Below, piece by piece: positions 30,027 to 39,249 of a stretch of 64,000 nt of DNA. The DNA lies in NCBI GenBank assembly GCA_965203465.1, contig CBDBCR010000001.1, forward strand, positions 672,001 through 736,000, written 5' to 3'. Below the pieces are notes generated by a model, which saw only the letters and a program-made list of their open reading frames with translations, was not told the DNA's origin and did no database searches. Source of the stretch: Nitrosopumilaceae archaeon. Lineage in GTDB: Archaea; Thermoproteota; Nitrososphaeria; Nitrososphaerales; Nitrosopumilaceae. Position numbers and translations under genes: made by a program. Position 1 is the first letter of the stretch; every line of letters begins with the position of its first letter.

Positions 30027-31871
30027 GTGCAGGGTTCGAGAGGCGCTCCGGACGGGGACGCGCTGATATCTGTTTTTGACAGGATTGAAGAGTCGATGGA
30101 AGAACACAGGCGCAAGTTCGTCCGGCAGAACGCCGGGCCGTACGATCTGTGCAGGCGCATGATCGGTTTTCAGCACGTCATGCACGACACGGCCTGGTCC
30201 AGGCACAAGGACGAATCCAAAGGCTACGTGGAGGGCGCGCCGGTAGCGGACGAGATCCGGGCAGAACTGGCCATCCTGGACACGCTCGGCCAGAACAAGC
30301 TGTCCCTGCTGTCCGCCCTGCATGCGCTAGCCGGGGGCTCCGTGCACGCCGCCGGGAGCCTGGTGCGCCCGGTATTCGAGTCGGTGCCCGAGTCTTTCTA
30401 CCTCATGGCGTGCCCTCAGACCGCCAAAATGTTCATGCTGCTCGAGGCGTACCGGATATGGAATGCGTCCAGTCCCTCCGCAAAGCTCCCCGGGCCGATC
30501 AAGTCTTTCATGGAATCTCCAGAGACGCAAGAGTTCCTCGGCGGAGACCGGGTTGCGGCCGGAGAGTTTAAAAAATTCCGCGACACCCACAAAATCGGGG
30601 ACATACGCGAGCGCGTCTACGACGGCGAGACGCTGGACCGCCAGAAACAGACGTATGCCGTGCTGAGTTTCAGCTCCCATGCAGGCGTGCTCCGGGGTTT
30701 TACGTCCTTCGAACCGGGGGTGTCCAAGCGCTTTATGGAAATAACCGCCGAGCTGTCTTTTGCCAACCTGTTTCTGACGGCCAACTCCCAGAGCAGGCTG
30801 CTGGAAAGCCGGGGGCTGTCAGAGTCTGCCGAGCTGATGCGCGGTGCCCTGCCGGACATGGCCCCGCAGTACAGGTTCGCCGACATGTACCCGAGCGACG
30901 ACCTGTACACGGGCGGCCTCCGTCACGCTCGGGTCCCTGTCGTGATTGCGCAGGGGGGGTCGGGTGGCCGCGCCCCCGACGGGCGATGTTTCCGCGCGCC
31001 TGCTGGAGGCCGCGCGGGCGGGCAGAGGCGCCGTGCCGCAACCGGGCCGCGATCGTCTCCACGATGCGAGCTCGGATCCGGCAAGAAACGCGGGATCCGA
31101 TTTTGTTTTCACAGTCAACCGAAAAGTCCCTCCGGCGGGCGGACGGTTTCCGATCGCAGACATGCCAAAACGGGCAGAACGGCGGCGTCCAAAAGGCGGG
31201 CTCGCCCGGTCCCGTTCCGGGCGCGGCCTCGGCCGGTCGCCCGCGCCGCCGCCCGGATCGGGCAGCCGCTACCGGCGCATTTCCAGCGTCTTTGTCATTT
31301 TGGAGTGGAATTCCGGCACGTTCTGAGACCATATCCGGATCCGCTCCTCTTCGTCGTAGTCGTAGCGGTAAAAATCGTTGACGGTCCATTCCAAAAACTC
31401 CCCGAACGCGTTCATTTTTTTGTCCCTTTTGTGCAAAACCCCGGTCCTGGCCTCGCGCAGCTTTTCCGCGACGCGCTGTATCTTTTGCCGGTTGTCGCCA
31501 AAGTAAGATCTCAGCGACAAGTCCACCTCGTAGCGCTCTTCCGAGCCGTCGCTCAGATTGACGTCGTTCAGTATGGCCTTGAGATCCTGGCAGATGTCGC
31601 GCGTCTCGTCCAGAACGTCCCCGTTGTTGACACCGGATCTCCAACGATCGTAGAATATCTTGCCCACGGCGACGCCCAAGGCGGCGACGCCCAAGGTTGG
31701 CCCCAAGGCGGCCCACAAGGCGGCCAGCAACGCTTCATCCATGCGCGACGTTCCCTCCTCGCCTTAAAATTTCTATCTCTCGCAGGCGCGCCCCCCGCAA
31801 GACCTGCCCGCGCGCCGCCCCCGGACCGCTTTGGCCCGATCCGGGCCCGCGGGCGGCCGCTACGTCCATGA
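30027..31871 (+). CDS. HEPN-like (DUF5677-like) protein; only the first ~305 codons look genuine
   Basis: TTATA box at ~29999; AAGSLVRPVFES and YAVLSFSSHAG motifs. After ~30945 the frame reads through GC-rich intergenic DNA and antisense to the next gene, so the stop may have been lost. Confidence 0.55.
   Translation: MQGSRGAPDGDALISVFDRIEESMEEHRRKFVRQNAGPYDLCRRMIGFQHVMHDTAWSRHKDESKGYVEGAPVADEIRAELAILDTLGQNKLSLLSALHALAGGSVHAAGSLVRPVFESVPESFYLMACPQTAKMFMLLEAYRIWNASSPSAKLPGPIKSFMESPETQEFLGGDRVAAGEFKKFRDTHKIGDIRERVYDGETLDRQKQTYAVLSFSSHAGVLRGFTSFEPGVSKRFMEITAELSFANLFLTANSQSRLLESRGLSESAELMRGALPDMAPQYRFADMYPSDDLYTGGLRHARVPVVIAQGGSGGRAPDGRCFRAPAGGRAGGQRRRAATGPRSSPRCELGSGKKRGIRFCFHSQPKSPSGGRTVSDRRHAKTGRTAASKRRARPVPFRARPRPVARAAARIGQPLPAHFQRLCHFGVEFRHVLRPYPDPLLFVVVVAVKIVDGPFQKLPERVHFFVPFVQNPGPGLAQLFRDALYLLPVVAKVRSQRQVHLVALFRAVAQIDVVQYGLEILADVARLVQNVPVVDTGSPTIVEYLAHGDAQGGDAQGWPQGGPQGGQQRFIHARRSLLALKFLSLAGAPPARPARAPPPDRFGPIRARGRPLRP
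31248..31860. repeat. Duplicated segment A1 (partner 55488-56089)
   Basis: Direct repeat of gene plus promoter; high but not perfect identity. Confidence 0.92.
31269..31742 (-). CDS. Small N-terminally membrane-anchored helical protein (paralog 1)
   Basis: Hydrophobic N-terminus; TTTTAA box ~23 nt upstream; conserved paralog at 55510-55971. Confidence 0.75.
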   Translation of the reverse strand: MDEALLAALWAALGPTLGVAALGVAVGKIFYDRWRSGVNNGDVLDETRDICQDLKAILNDVNLSDGSEERYEVDLSLRSYFGDNRQKIQRVAEKLREARTGVLHKRDKKMNAFGEFLEWTVNDFYRYDYDEEERIRIWSQNVPEFHSKMTKTLEMRR

Positions 31872-32177
31872 CTGCCCGGCCCGCCCGGGGTATGCTATAT
31901 ACCCATACTTTGGCCGGGCGGCCCGCGCCTTGGCCGTTTCCGGGACCCCGTCCGGCCTAGCCGCCCCGCCGCTTTTCTCACAACGCCCAGCATTCCGCGA
32001 TCGGCATAGTGCACCGGTGCGCATGGCCCCCGCTGGCACCTAGGGCACAATTCGCACTCCACGTACGCCGCGGCGCGCGTACTGCGGCTACGCGCGCCGC
32101 TTTCGAGCGGGCGTTGTCGCTCCCGCCTCCCACGAGAATCCCAAGCCCGGCAGTCTATCAGCCGGGCGCCGCGAGCC

Positions 32178-32897
32178 TCACAGGCACCACGGGGCGTATT
32201 CCTTGACGAACTTTATCCAGTCTCCAAAACTCATCCTCTGCGAGCTGTAAACCATCCCCGTGTGGTTTAGTTTCACGTCTGCGACGAAATCCCGACCGTT
32301 GATTCTTTGTGTTTTGAAGATCGGCTCGAAATACTGGCATTCTTGGAGCAGCTTGGGGTATTCGGGATCGTCCGTGGCGCACTCTGTCTGGGATACGTAA
32401 AAGTCGTTAAACTCTCTGCCCTCGAATTTTTGGAAAAAATGGAACCTTGGCCTGTAGATTTTGTTGGCGTCTTCCTCCAGTATGCCTTCCGTCATTTTTT
32501 CAATCTCCTGTTTGGTCAAATATCTCGGTTCGAAGGCGTACTGTTGCGGGTGTAGCAGGGACGCCAGGTATCGGAGCAGCGCGTCCCTGTCCGTCAGGCC
32601 AGCCATGATCAAGTACCCCTTCCTGCTGACGCACACGTCGTGGTACGTTATCCGGGGCACGTTCTCTGGCAACTCTCGCTCAGACAGTATTTCATACCAC
32701 AGAATGTCGGGGGTTTTGTCCATTTCCGTAAACTTGTACGTGACGTGCCTCTGAACCGGGTCGTCCTTGGACATCCGGATTTTCTGCTTGTGTTCCGGCA
32801 CGGCGCTTATCTTGCCGCGTATGGTCTCGAACGTGTGCTGAATTTCCTTCTTGTATTTGTAAATCCTAATGCCCGATTTCGGGCGGTTCTCTGCCAT
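32178..32897 (-). CDS. Hypothetical protein
   Basis: ATG 32897 lies 24 nt below TTAAAT; globular composition, lower GC; no family recognised. Confidence 0.75.
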   Translation of the reverse strand: MAENRPKSGIRIYKYKKEIQHTFETIRGKISAVPEHKQKIRMSKDDPVQRHVTYKFTEMDKTPDILWYEILSERELPENVPRITYHDVCVSRKGYLIMAGLTDRDALLRYLASLLHPQQYAFEPRYLTKQEIEKMTEGILEEDANKIYRPRFHFFQKFEGREFNDFYVSQTECATDDPEYPKLLQECQYFEPIFKTQRINGRDFVADVKLNHTGMVYSSQRMSFGDWIKFVKEYAPWCL

Positions 32898-32946
32898 GCC
32901 CGTGCGGACACCCAAGGCGGATTTAACCCTTTATGCGCGCCGGATC

Positions 32947-33051
32947 GTATGCACTCACCCCCCCTCCAGCTCGATCGTGCCTAGCGATTAGATCTCGTGT
33001 GTAAGCTCGTGCCTAGCAGAACGAGATTCGTGGGGGGAGCTGAGTGCATAC
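32947..33051. mobile_element. MITE, 105 bp
   Basis: 11-bp TIR GTATGCACTCA / TGAGTGCATAC with sub-terminal C/G runs; perfect 9-bp TSD CGCCGGATC at 32938-32946 and 33052-33060; internal TCGTGCCTAGC x2. Confidence 0.88.
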
Positions 33052-33097
33052 CGCCGGATCCTGCCTCGTGCAACAATAGACGCAACGGGCCGGGCGG

Positions 33098-34492
33098 CTA
33101 GCGCGCCACGGGCGCCTGCTCGAATTCCACCTCTCCCTGGACGATTCCGTATACCTTGCCGCTGATGCCGATCTCGGTCTTTCTGAGGCCCTCCACCAGA
33201 TTCTTCCTGGCGGTCCAGATGGCCCCGTGCTGTTTTTCCTCCCTCGTCTGGAGCGCTTCCAGCTCTTCCCTGGATGCCTGCAGTGAGGCGACGGTGTCTT
33301 GGAACTCCCTGCCCGTCACGTATTCGTACAGCCTGGCTTCCTTTGTGCTCCTGTCCAGCTGAGATTCGGACGCCTTGTGGATGGCTATGATGCCCCTGCG
33401 CAGGGTCGCTGCCACCTCCGTCACGATGGACGGGTGGACTAGCATCACGCCGTCGGCCGAGCCGAGCAGGCGGTTGGGGGACGATTTGGGGAGGGAAGAC
33501 GAGACGATCAGCGAGTATTCGGTGTCGTGCGTGTCCCTGTACTTTTTCGCCTTGGCGATGTCGCGCCGGGTGATCGCGGCCGACGCCTTGTTGTCGTACA
33601 CGATCGGGGTGCCCGGCCGGATGCCTCCTTCCCGTATCTGCTGTATCAGGTCGGAGCTCGACTCGCCGCGCTTTTGCGATCGGAACGTGTCGTCCGGGAA
33701 CGCCCGCCGTAGCGACTGGAGGAGGTTCTCCTCGCCGGCCTCGCCTGCAAGCTCGGGCTGGCGCTGTTCGAGTTGCCTGGACAGCTCTGTTATCTTGTCT
33801 TTGGCCCGCCGGATCTGTACGTCCTTTTCCCGTATCTGCTGGTTTTTGGAATCGAGTTCCACGCCGAGGGACTCGCGCGCGGACGCTTCGGCCGCCGCCC
33901 TGGAATCTGCGACCTGCTTTTTCAGTCCGCGCAGCTCCTTGTCCCGCTCCCGGATCTCGTCAGAGTGCCTCTTGGCGGCGTATTTTGCGTCCTGATCCAG
34001 GCGCTTTTTCAGGCCCGCGATCTCGCGCTCGTGCCGCTTTCTGGTCTTCCGCTCCGCGGATGACAGCGACGCCCTTTTCTCGCGCTCGAGTCTGCCGATC
34101 CGCAGTTTGAGCGACTTTGCTTCGGCCCCCGCGTCCCGCAGCGCCCTCGCCTCGGACTGCTTGTGCCGCTTTTGCTCCTCTCTGATCTCTTTTTTGTGCT
34201 CTGCCGTCAGCCTCTTCTGCCGCTCGGAAAGCATCTCGCTCATCTCCTTGCGGACGGATTCGACTTGATCCTCGTGCGCCGATTTGCGGCTTTCCGCCTC
34301 GCGCTCGTGCTGCGCGCGCATCTCGGACAACTCGCGCTCGTGCTTGGCGAGCGCGGCTTTGAGCTGGGCGTCCGCCCGCGTCCCGGCCTCCGCCGCCAGC
34401 CGGCTTCGCGCCCTCTCGTAGTCGCCGCGCGCCAGCGGGTTGTCGCACAGGGGACACTTCATCTTGGCTGCCTCGTCGGCTCCGATGGCCAC
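33098..34492 (-). CDS. DUF2130-like coiled-coil + nuclease-fold protein
   Basis: N-terminal CPLC, long coiled coil, GEAGEENLLQSLRRAFPDD...SDLIQQI...IVYDNK; TTTTATA box at ~34514-34520. Confidence 0.82.
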   Translation of the reverse strand: MAIGADEAAKMKCPLCDNPLARGDYERARSRLAAEAGTRADAQLKAALAKHERELSEMRAQHEREAESRKSAHEDQVESVRKEMSEMLSERQKRLTAEHKKEIREEQKRHKQSEARALRDAGAEAKSLKLRIGRLEREKRASLSSAERKTRKRHEREIAGLKKRLDQDAKYAAKRHSDEIRERDKELRGLKKQVADSRAAAEASARESLGVELDSKNQQIREKDVQIRRAKDKITELSRQLEQRQPELAGEAGEENLLQSLRRAFPDDTFRSQKRGESSSDLIQQIREGGIRPGTPIVYDNKASAAITRRDIAKAKKYRDTHDTEYSLIVSSSLPKSSPNRLLGSADGVMLVHPSIVTEVAATLRRGIIAIHKASESQLDRSTKEARLYEYVTGREFQDTVASLQASREELEALQTREEKQHGAIWTARKNLVEGLRKTEIGISGKVYGIVQGEVEFEQAPVAR

Positions 34493-35060
34493 GGAGCCCC
34501 GCTCCGGCGGGCGTATAAAAATATGGCTTCCTGTTCAGTCAACTCTGGGTTGGTATCCGCTAGCCCCCTCCGCCCCGCACCCGAGGAACTGCCCACAGCG
34601 CGCCAAGCGCGGCAGGGCAGGCGCTGCCGTGCCCCTCCGGCGGACCCCTTTTGTGCCACCTGCCGTCCGGCCACGCCGACCTGTCCGTCGTCCCACGCGC
34701 CGCGTTTTTTTGCGGCACTCGCGCCCTGCATCGAACGCCGATTTACGGGGCGCCGAAAGCTCCCGTACGGGCCGGCCCGGCCGCCACGCTCGCGATCTTG
34801 GCGTCTGCCGCCTAGCGCCCCTCCGTCCCGGAGTCGCGTCGGGACGCTTGTGCCACGGGCGCAGCGCGGCCCCGATCTTGGCCCTCCTCCGAGCCTGCCA
34901 GGCACCGGAACCAGGGAGGGCAGCTTTCGGCGCCTGCCAAGCCGAGCCTGGGCGCGTACCGCAAGCCCGCATAGCGCGCCAAGCTCGTACGTGCGCCCGG
35001 ATCCGCGGCGCTCTTGCGGCGGCGAGCCCGGCGTCTAGCGCAGGATCGATGCTAGGCAGC

Positions 35061-36011
35061 CTAGCGCTTACGCCGGTGCAGGTCGACGATGCACGCGAAG
35101 GGGCTGTCCGTCTGCAGGTCTTCGTACGCGCACTTGTGCTGGGAAAAGTCCGTCACGGCCAGGGCTCCGGGCTCGTGCCTTATGATCTTGGGGCCCTCGG
35201 CCCTTAGCAGGACGCGGCTCGGCTGCGACGTGACGTAAAGGACACAGTCCGGGCACGCGGGCGAAACTACCATCTTGGGCGTAAGCGGGCTTTGCCCGGA
35301 CAGGCCGGGGAAGGGAAATTCGCCTCCGCAGGTCCGGCAGGCTTCTTCAAAGCGCGGGTCGGCCCCCGTCTCGGTGTCCCGGCCTATCAGCGCCGCGGTG
35401 TTTGGCGAGCACGCGGCGTGTGTCGGGGGCAGTTTCAGGCACTTTGTGAATCGGCAGACAAATCTAAAGATCTCGTCCAGCATCCTAGAGTTGGAGCTCT
35501 CGCCGTCCGGGCAGCAGATCCGCTGCGCGTCGCCGTCCGGCGGCTCGGTTCTGGTGAACTTTAGATCGCCGCTAGCGTCCTTGTGGTAGTGGTACGGTAT
35601 GCGTTCTAGCGCGGCCGCGGCGCTCTGTTCCCGTCTGCGCAGGGCGCGCAGTACGTCTGTAGGGGTCTCGGCGTAGGGCGCGTTTTTGGCAAAGCCGATC
35701 GGCACCTTGTACGAGTTCGGGGCGTTTCGGAGGTCGAACCACAGCGTGCCGTATTTGTTGTTTGACTCGTACCGGCCGAGGCGCGGAACCGTCTGGGCCT
35801 CCGGGACGCTGGTGCAGATTTCTTCACTATGCGTCGTCCCGTTTAGATTCAAGGGGCAGAACATGCTATCCAGCGGCGACAGTTTTTGCTGGAGTTTCTG
35901 CACGCCGTCGTACGCCTGGGCGAGTTTCACAAGTGCTGGGCTGTCGCACCCTTGCCGTTCTCGTGGCACGGACGTGTGCTCTCCTGCAATGCACCCGCTT
36001 ATCGTCGGCAT
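35061..36011 (-). CDS. Putative orphan HK97-fold major-capsid-like protein
   Basis: ~316 aa from ATG 36011 (start uncertain). The motifs QTVPRL...YGTLWFDL, LDEIF...PPTHAACSPNT and GGEFPFPGL...VVSP.CPD..YV...LLRAEGPK...DFSQ resemble archaeal head-tail virus capsid proteins. Confidence 0.55.
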   Translation of the reverse strand: MPTISGCIAGEHTSVPRERQGCDSPALVKLAQAYDGVQKLQQKLSPLDSMFCPLNLNGTTHSEEICTSVPEAQTVPRLGRYESNNKYGTLWFDLRNAPNSYKVPIGFAKNAPYAETPTDVLRALRRREQSAAAALERIPYHYHKDASGDLKFTRTEPPDGDAQRICCPDGESSNSRMLDEIFRFVCRFTKCLKLPPTHAACSPNTAALIGRDTETGADPRFEEACRTCGGEFPFPGLSGQSPLTPKMVVSPACPDCVLYVTSQPSRVLLRAEGPKIIRHEPGALAVTDFSQHKCAYEDLQTDSPFACIVDLHRRKR

Positions 36012-36515
36012 GTACGTTACCGCAGTGTCCTCAGGCACCGCTAGATCCCTCCAAGACGGTGGCGCCCCTTGCCCGCAACTTGCCGGGTGCAGGGCCGAGC
36101 TTCCGTTTTCGGTCCCGCACGGGCGCCGATCGCCTGCCCAGCTGCGGGGTGCGTATTGAGCATGTTGCCCCCGCCGCCGTCTTGGATATATACCGTACTG
36201 TGCCGTACATGATGGGTCGGCTGGCGCGCCCGGCCGCCCGGACCGGGCCGCATTCGGCGCCGCCTGCGCGCGGGCCCGGCTCTGCTGAATGAAGCAACGG
36301 CGGCCCGAACCGCCACGCTGCGGACAGGCCCGACCGCGGGCGGAAAACGGCCCCTGCCCGAGGTGCGCCCTTGGACGTATGCGGATCAGGCGGCACCCTA
36401 ATGCCATCTATAGCAGGCGGGCCCCCGCGGCGATCGCTTGTCGGGCCCGATCGGGCTGCTTGTGTTAACGATGTTACTCATCTACAGTTTTATAGGCCAA
36501 TACGAATACAAGTGC

Positions 36516-37139
36516 ATGGCAACAATAGAAATTCCACAGCAATCCACGATTCAAAGCGACGTGGGTAAAAAAATACAATTCCGATGTGTAGATTGTGACG
36601 AGATAACAGATGGGACAATTGTTGCATCTTACATAGGCACTGCCAAAGATTCCGGTCCTGAACCCAAGTTCTTTCTCTATCCAAACGTGAGGTTGGTTCG
36701 ATGCAACGTATGCAAGATGAAACGGGCGCTACGGTGGAGCCGCCCCGAAAGCGACGATACGTATTGGGAAAAACCGGACGAGGACGACTATGTCGGTTTG
36801 GCATACAGGGAAGCCCGCTTATGCATATCGCACGATTTACACGCTGCAACAGTCATGGTTTGTAGGAGGCTCATCATGGCGCTTGCCGTAGACTTGGGGG
36901 CGGTGGAAGGGCTCAGCTACAAAAAATACATAGAGTATATTTTAGATACCGATCTTGCTACGTCTATTATCAGTGTTTTGGATCACATACGCGTCCACGG
37001 CAATCACACGAATCACTACCTTGAACCACCGTCTGAAGAAATCGCAGAGGACATATTCATGCTTACTACTGCCTTCCTGCACACAATACGCGAAGAAGCG
37101 ATGAATCGTGATGCCGATCTGTTTTGTTTTGGCGGATAA
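36516..37139 (+). CDS. Zn-ribbon + DUF4145 (HEPN-like) protein
   Basis: CVDC...CNVC; AYREARLC...ATVMVCRRLI...LDHIRVHGNHTNH; TTTTATA at 36488; low GC. Confidence 0.85.
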   Translation: MATIEIPQQSTIQSDVGKKIQFRCVDCDEITDGTIVASYIGTAKDSGPEPKFFLYPNVRLVRCNVCKMKRALRWSRPESDDTYWEKPDEDDYVGLAYREARLCISHDLHAATVMVCRRLIMALAVDLGAVEGLSYKKYIEYILDTDLATSIISVLDHIRVHGNHTNHYLEPPSEEIAEDIFMLTTAFLHTIREEAMNRDADLFCFGG

Positions 37140-37277
37140 ACTGTCAACATGCCCGCGTAAAACCTGGGGCCGAATTTCGGGCGGCTCGTCCGGCGGCGCT
37201 TCGATCCGCTCCTTTTCCGCCGATCAGAAGTTTTGCCCGGAAAGCGCCCGAGGCCGCCGCAACCGAGCGCGCGGCCC

Positions 37278-39077
37278 GCCTATTTTGCGGGCGCGCCGCC
37301 TGCGCCCGGATCGGGCTCGAATTCTTTGGGCAGCCGGCCGATTATGCGCTCGGACTCTAGCCCTGCGTGCACCGCCCGTTCGATGACGGCCACGATGTCG
37401 GCGCCCGCGCACGGGTCGTTGCGGATGCCGCTGTCCCTGTCGATCCTGGCCCTGTACCTGGCCACTACCCATTCGAGCGGCGTGCGGCCGTCGACGCGGT
37501 ACGTGGTCCGGGGGACGTTCTCGAACAGGACGGCGCCGTCTGCGCGCACCACGGATGCGTCCCGCCGGTAGCCGCCTTTGGTCCTGCGCCTGCCGAACGA
37601 GAGCTTTGCGAAACCGCGCGGCGGCGACTTTGGCGTTCCGAGATCGTGCCTCTTGCAGGCCTCGAAGTTCAGGTGCAGGCGCGCCAGCCTTTGGCCCGCG
37701 TCTCTGAACGCCTCAAAGTCGGGCGCCATCGGGATGCGGGGCAGCTCGCGCGACAGGCTGCCGGCGAACTTTTCCCTGTAGCCTGCGTGGTGCAGCATGC
37801 CGTAGACGTAATGGAACACGTCCTTTTTGGACAGTCGGCGGCCGTAAAAGCCCCGGTACTCGGACAGGATTCCGTCCGTCACGTTCTCTTTCCTGGATCC
37901 GCTCTCGTAGGCGTAGAGGGGGAAGCACAGGCCGTTGGAGACGAGCTGCATGTCCGGCGCGGCGCCCGTCGCGAGCGCCGAAAAGTCCCCGCCAATCCTG
38001 GAAACGCATATCGCGACGTTTTCCGAGCCGCCCCGCGGGAAGAACGACGGGATCTTCGACATGGCCGAAATAAAGACCCGGTCAAAGTAGGCGTACTGCC
38101 TGAAGAACGGCCGGTACTGCGCCGTCCTTATCTTCCCCCGATCGAGGCACTGCTTTCCCAGCCTCCTTGACGCGGCCGACAGGTCCTCCGACCACTTGCC
38201 CCGGCTCGGATCTGTCCCGGGCTCGCCGGGATCCTGTCCGTTGTAGTATTCTATGTGGCGCTCCATGTTTCTGGCGAGCTCTTTTCTGGAAGAGTTGTAC
38301 ACCCACGCGTCGCGGCGGGTCGCCATTCCGGGCGAATGCGCCTCGAAGATTCCGTCGCGCCGCCTTCCGGACTTTGCGTCGCTCCCCATGGGCGCGTATT
38401 TTCCGAATTCTTGGCCGCGCTGGTCCAGCCAGTCGTGGCGCGCGTCCGGCTTAATTATCCGCCAGCCTCCGATCCCGCCGACGGATCCTGCTTTCCCGAC
38501 AGCGCCCAGTTTTGTTTTGGCAGGCAGCGAGTCCCCGATGTCCTTGTAGCGTATGGCGCGCTCTTGCCTTTGCGGGTTCTTTACGAGCAGAACGACCGCG
38601 ACGGGGACGCGCGATCCGCTGCCGAACACGTTGCCGCCCTCCTTCTTTGAGGCCTCCCCGCGGGTTCTTCGGTTGCCCCGCAGATCGAGGCACCAGATCT
38701 CGTCGAATTCTTCTGCCAGGCAGGCCCTGATGCCCGAGCCCGTCTCGGACCTGATAAAGCTGGAGTTTGTGACGAACGCGACGATCCCGCGCTTTCCCAC
38801 GCGGTCGCTGGCCCATCTGAGGGCCCTTGCGTAAGAGTCGTACAGCCATCTTGAGCCGCGCGTCTTGGTCTTTGCCCCGTACGTGCCCCTGATCCTTTCG
38901 TCGATTTTCGGATATTCGGCGCCCGGGTTTCCGCCGCCACGGGCGCCCCGGCCGCCGTACGGCGGGTTTCCTACCGCGACGCAGATGCCGGATCGCGCCG
39001 CGCCTAATCGGTTGCCCATCTGGAGTTACTGCGCGCTCGCCTATTTTAGGCATGGCGGACAGATCCCGGCCGGTCGC
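37278..39077. repeat. Duplicated segment B1 (partner 60698-62498, offset 23421)
   Basis: Near-identical colinear 1.8-kb direct repeat running from promoter to stop codon. Confidence 0.95.
37280..39019 (-). CDS. N-terminally truncated Type ISP restriction-modification protein (MTase motif IV + C-terminal specificity domain), copy 1
   Basis: GNPPY, LYDSY.RALRWASDR, LDLRGN, RDAWVYN, YRPFFRQ, FHYVYGMLH...LPRIP (LlaGI/LlaBIII-like). Lacks nuclease, helicase and SAM-binding motif I. Confidence 0.85.
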   Translation of the reverse strand: MGNRLGAARSGICVAVGNPPYGGRGARGGGNPGAEYPKIDERIRGTYGAKTKTRGSRWLYDSYARALRWASDRVGKRGIVAFVTNSSFIRSETGSGIRACLAEEFDEIWCLDLRGNRRTRGEASKKEGGNVFGSGSRVPVAVVLLVKNPQRQERAIRYKDIGDSLPAKTKLGAVGKAGSVGGIGGWRIIKPDARHDWLDQRGQEFGKYAPMGSDAKSGRRRDGIFEAHSPGMATRRDAWVYNSSRKELARNMERHIEYYNGQDPGEPGTDPSRGKWSEDLSAASRRLGKQCLDRGKIRTAQYRPFFRQYAYFDRVFISAMSKIPSFFPRGGSENVAICVSRIGGDFSALATGAAPDMQLVSNGLCFPLYAYESGSRKENVTDGILSEYRGFYGRRLSKKDVFHYVYGMLHHAGYREKFAGSLSRELPRIPMAPDFEAFRDAGQRLARLHLNFEACKRHDLGTPKSPPRGFAKLSFGRRRTKGGYRRDASVVRADGAVLFENVPRTTYRVDGRTPLEWVVARYRARIDRDSGIRNDPCAGADIVAVIERAVHAGLESERIIGRLPKEFEPDPGAGGAPAK

Positions 39078-39249
39078 CCGGCGCCGGCAGCCCGGGGTTG
39101 GACACGCCCCGCCGCGGGTCGCGCGGCACCTCCGCCCTGCACGAAAGACGCGATTCGCGCGGCACGCCGCGGCAAAGGCCGACAGAGAACATATCGCGCC
39201 CCGCCGATCGCGAGGCAAGATTTTTAATCGGTCCTTCGAAAAGGCGGGC

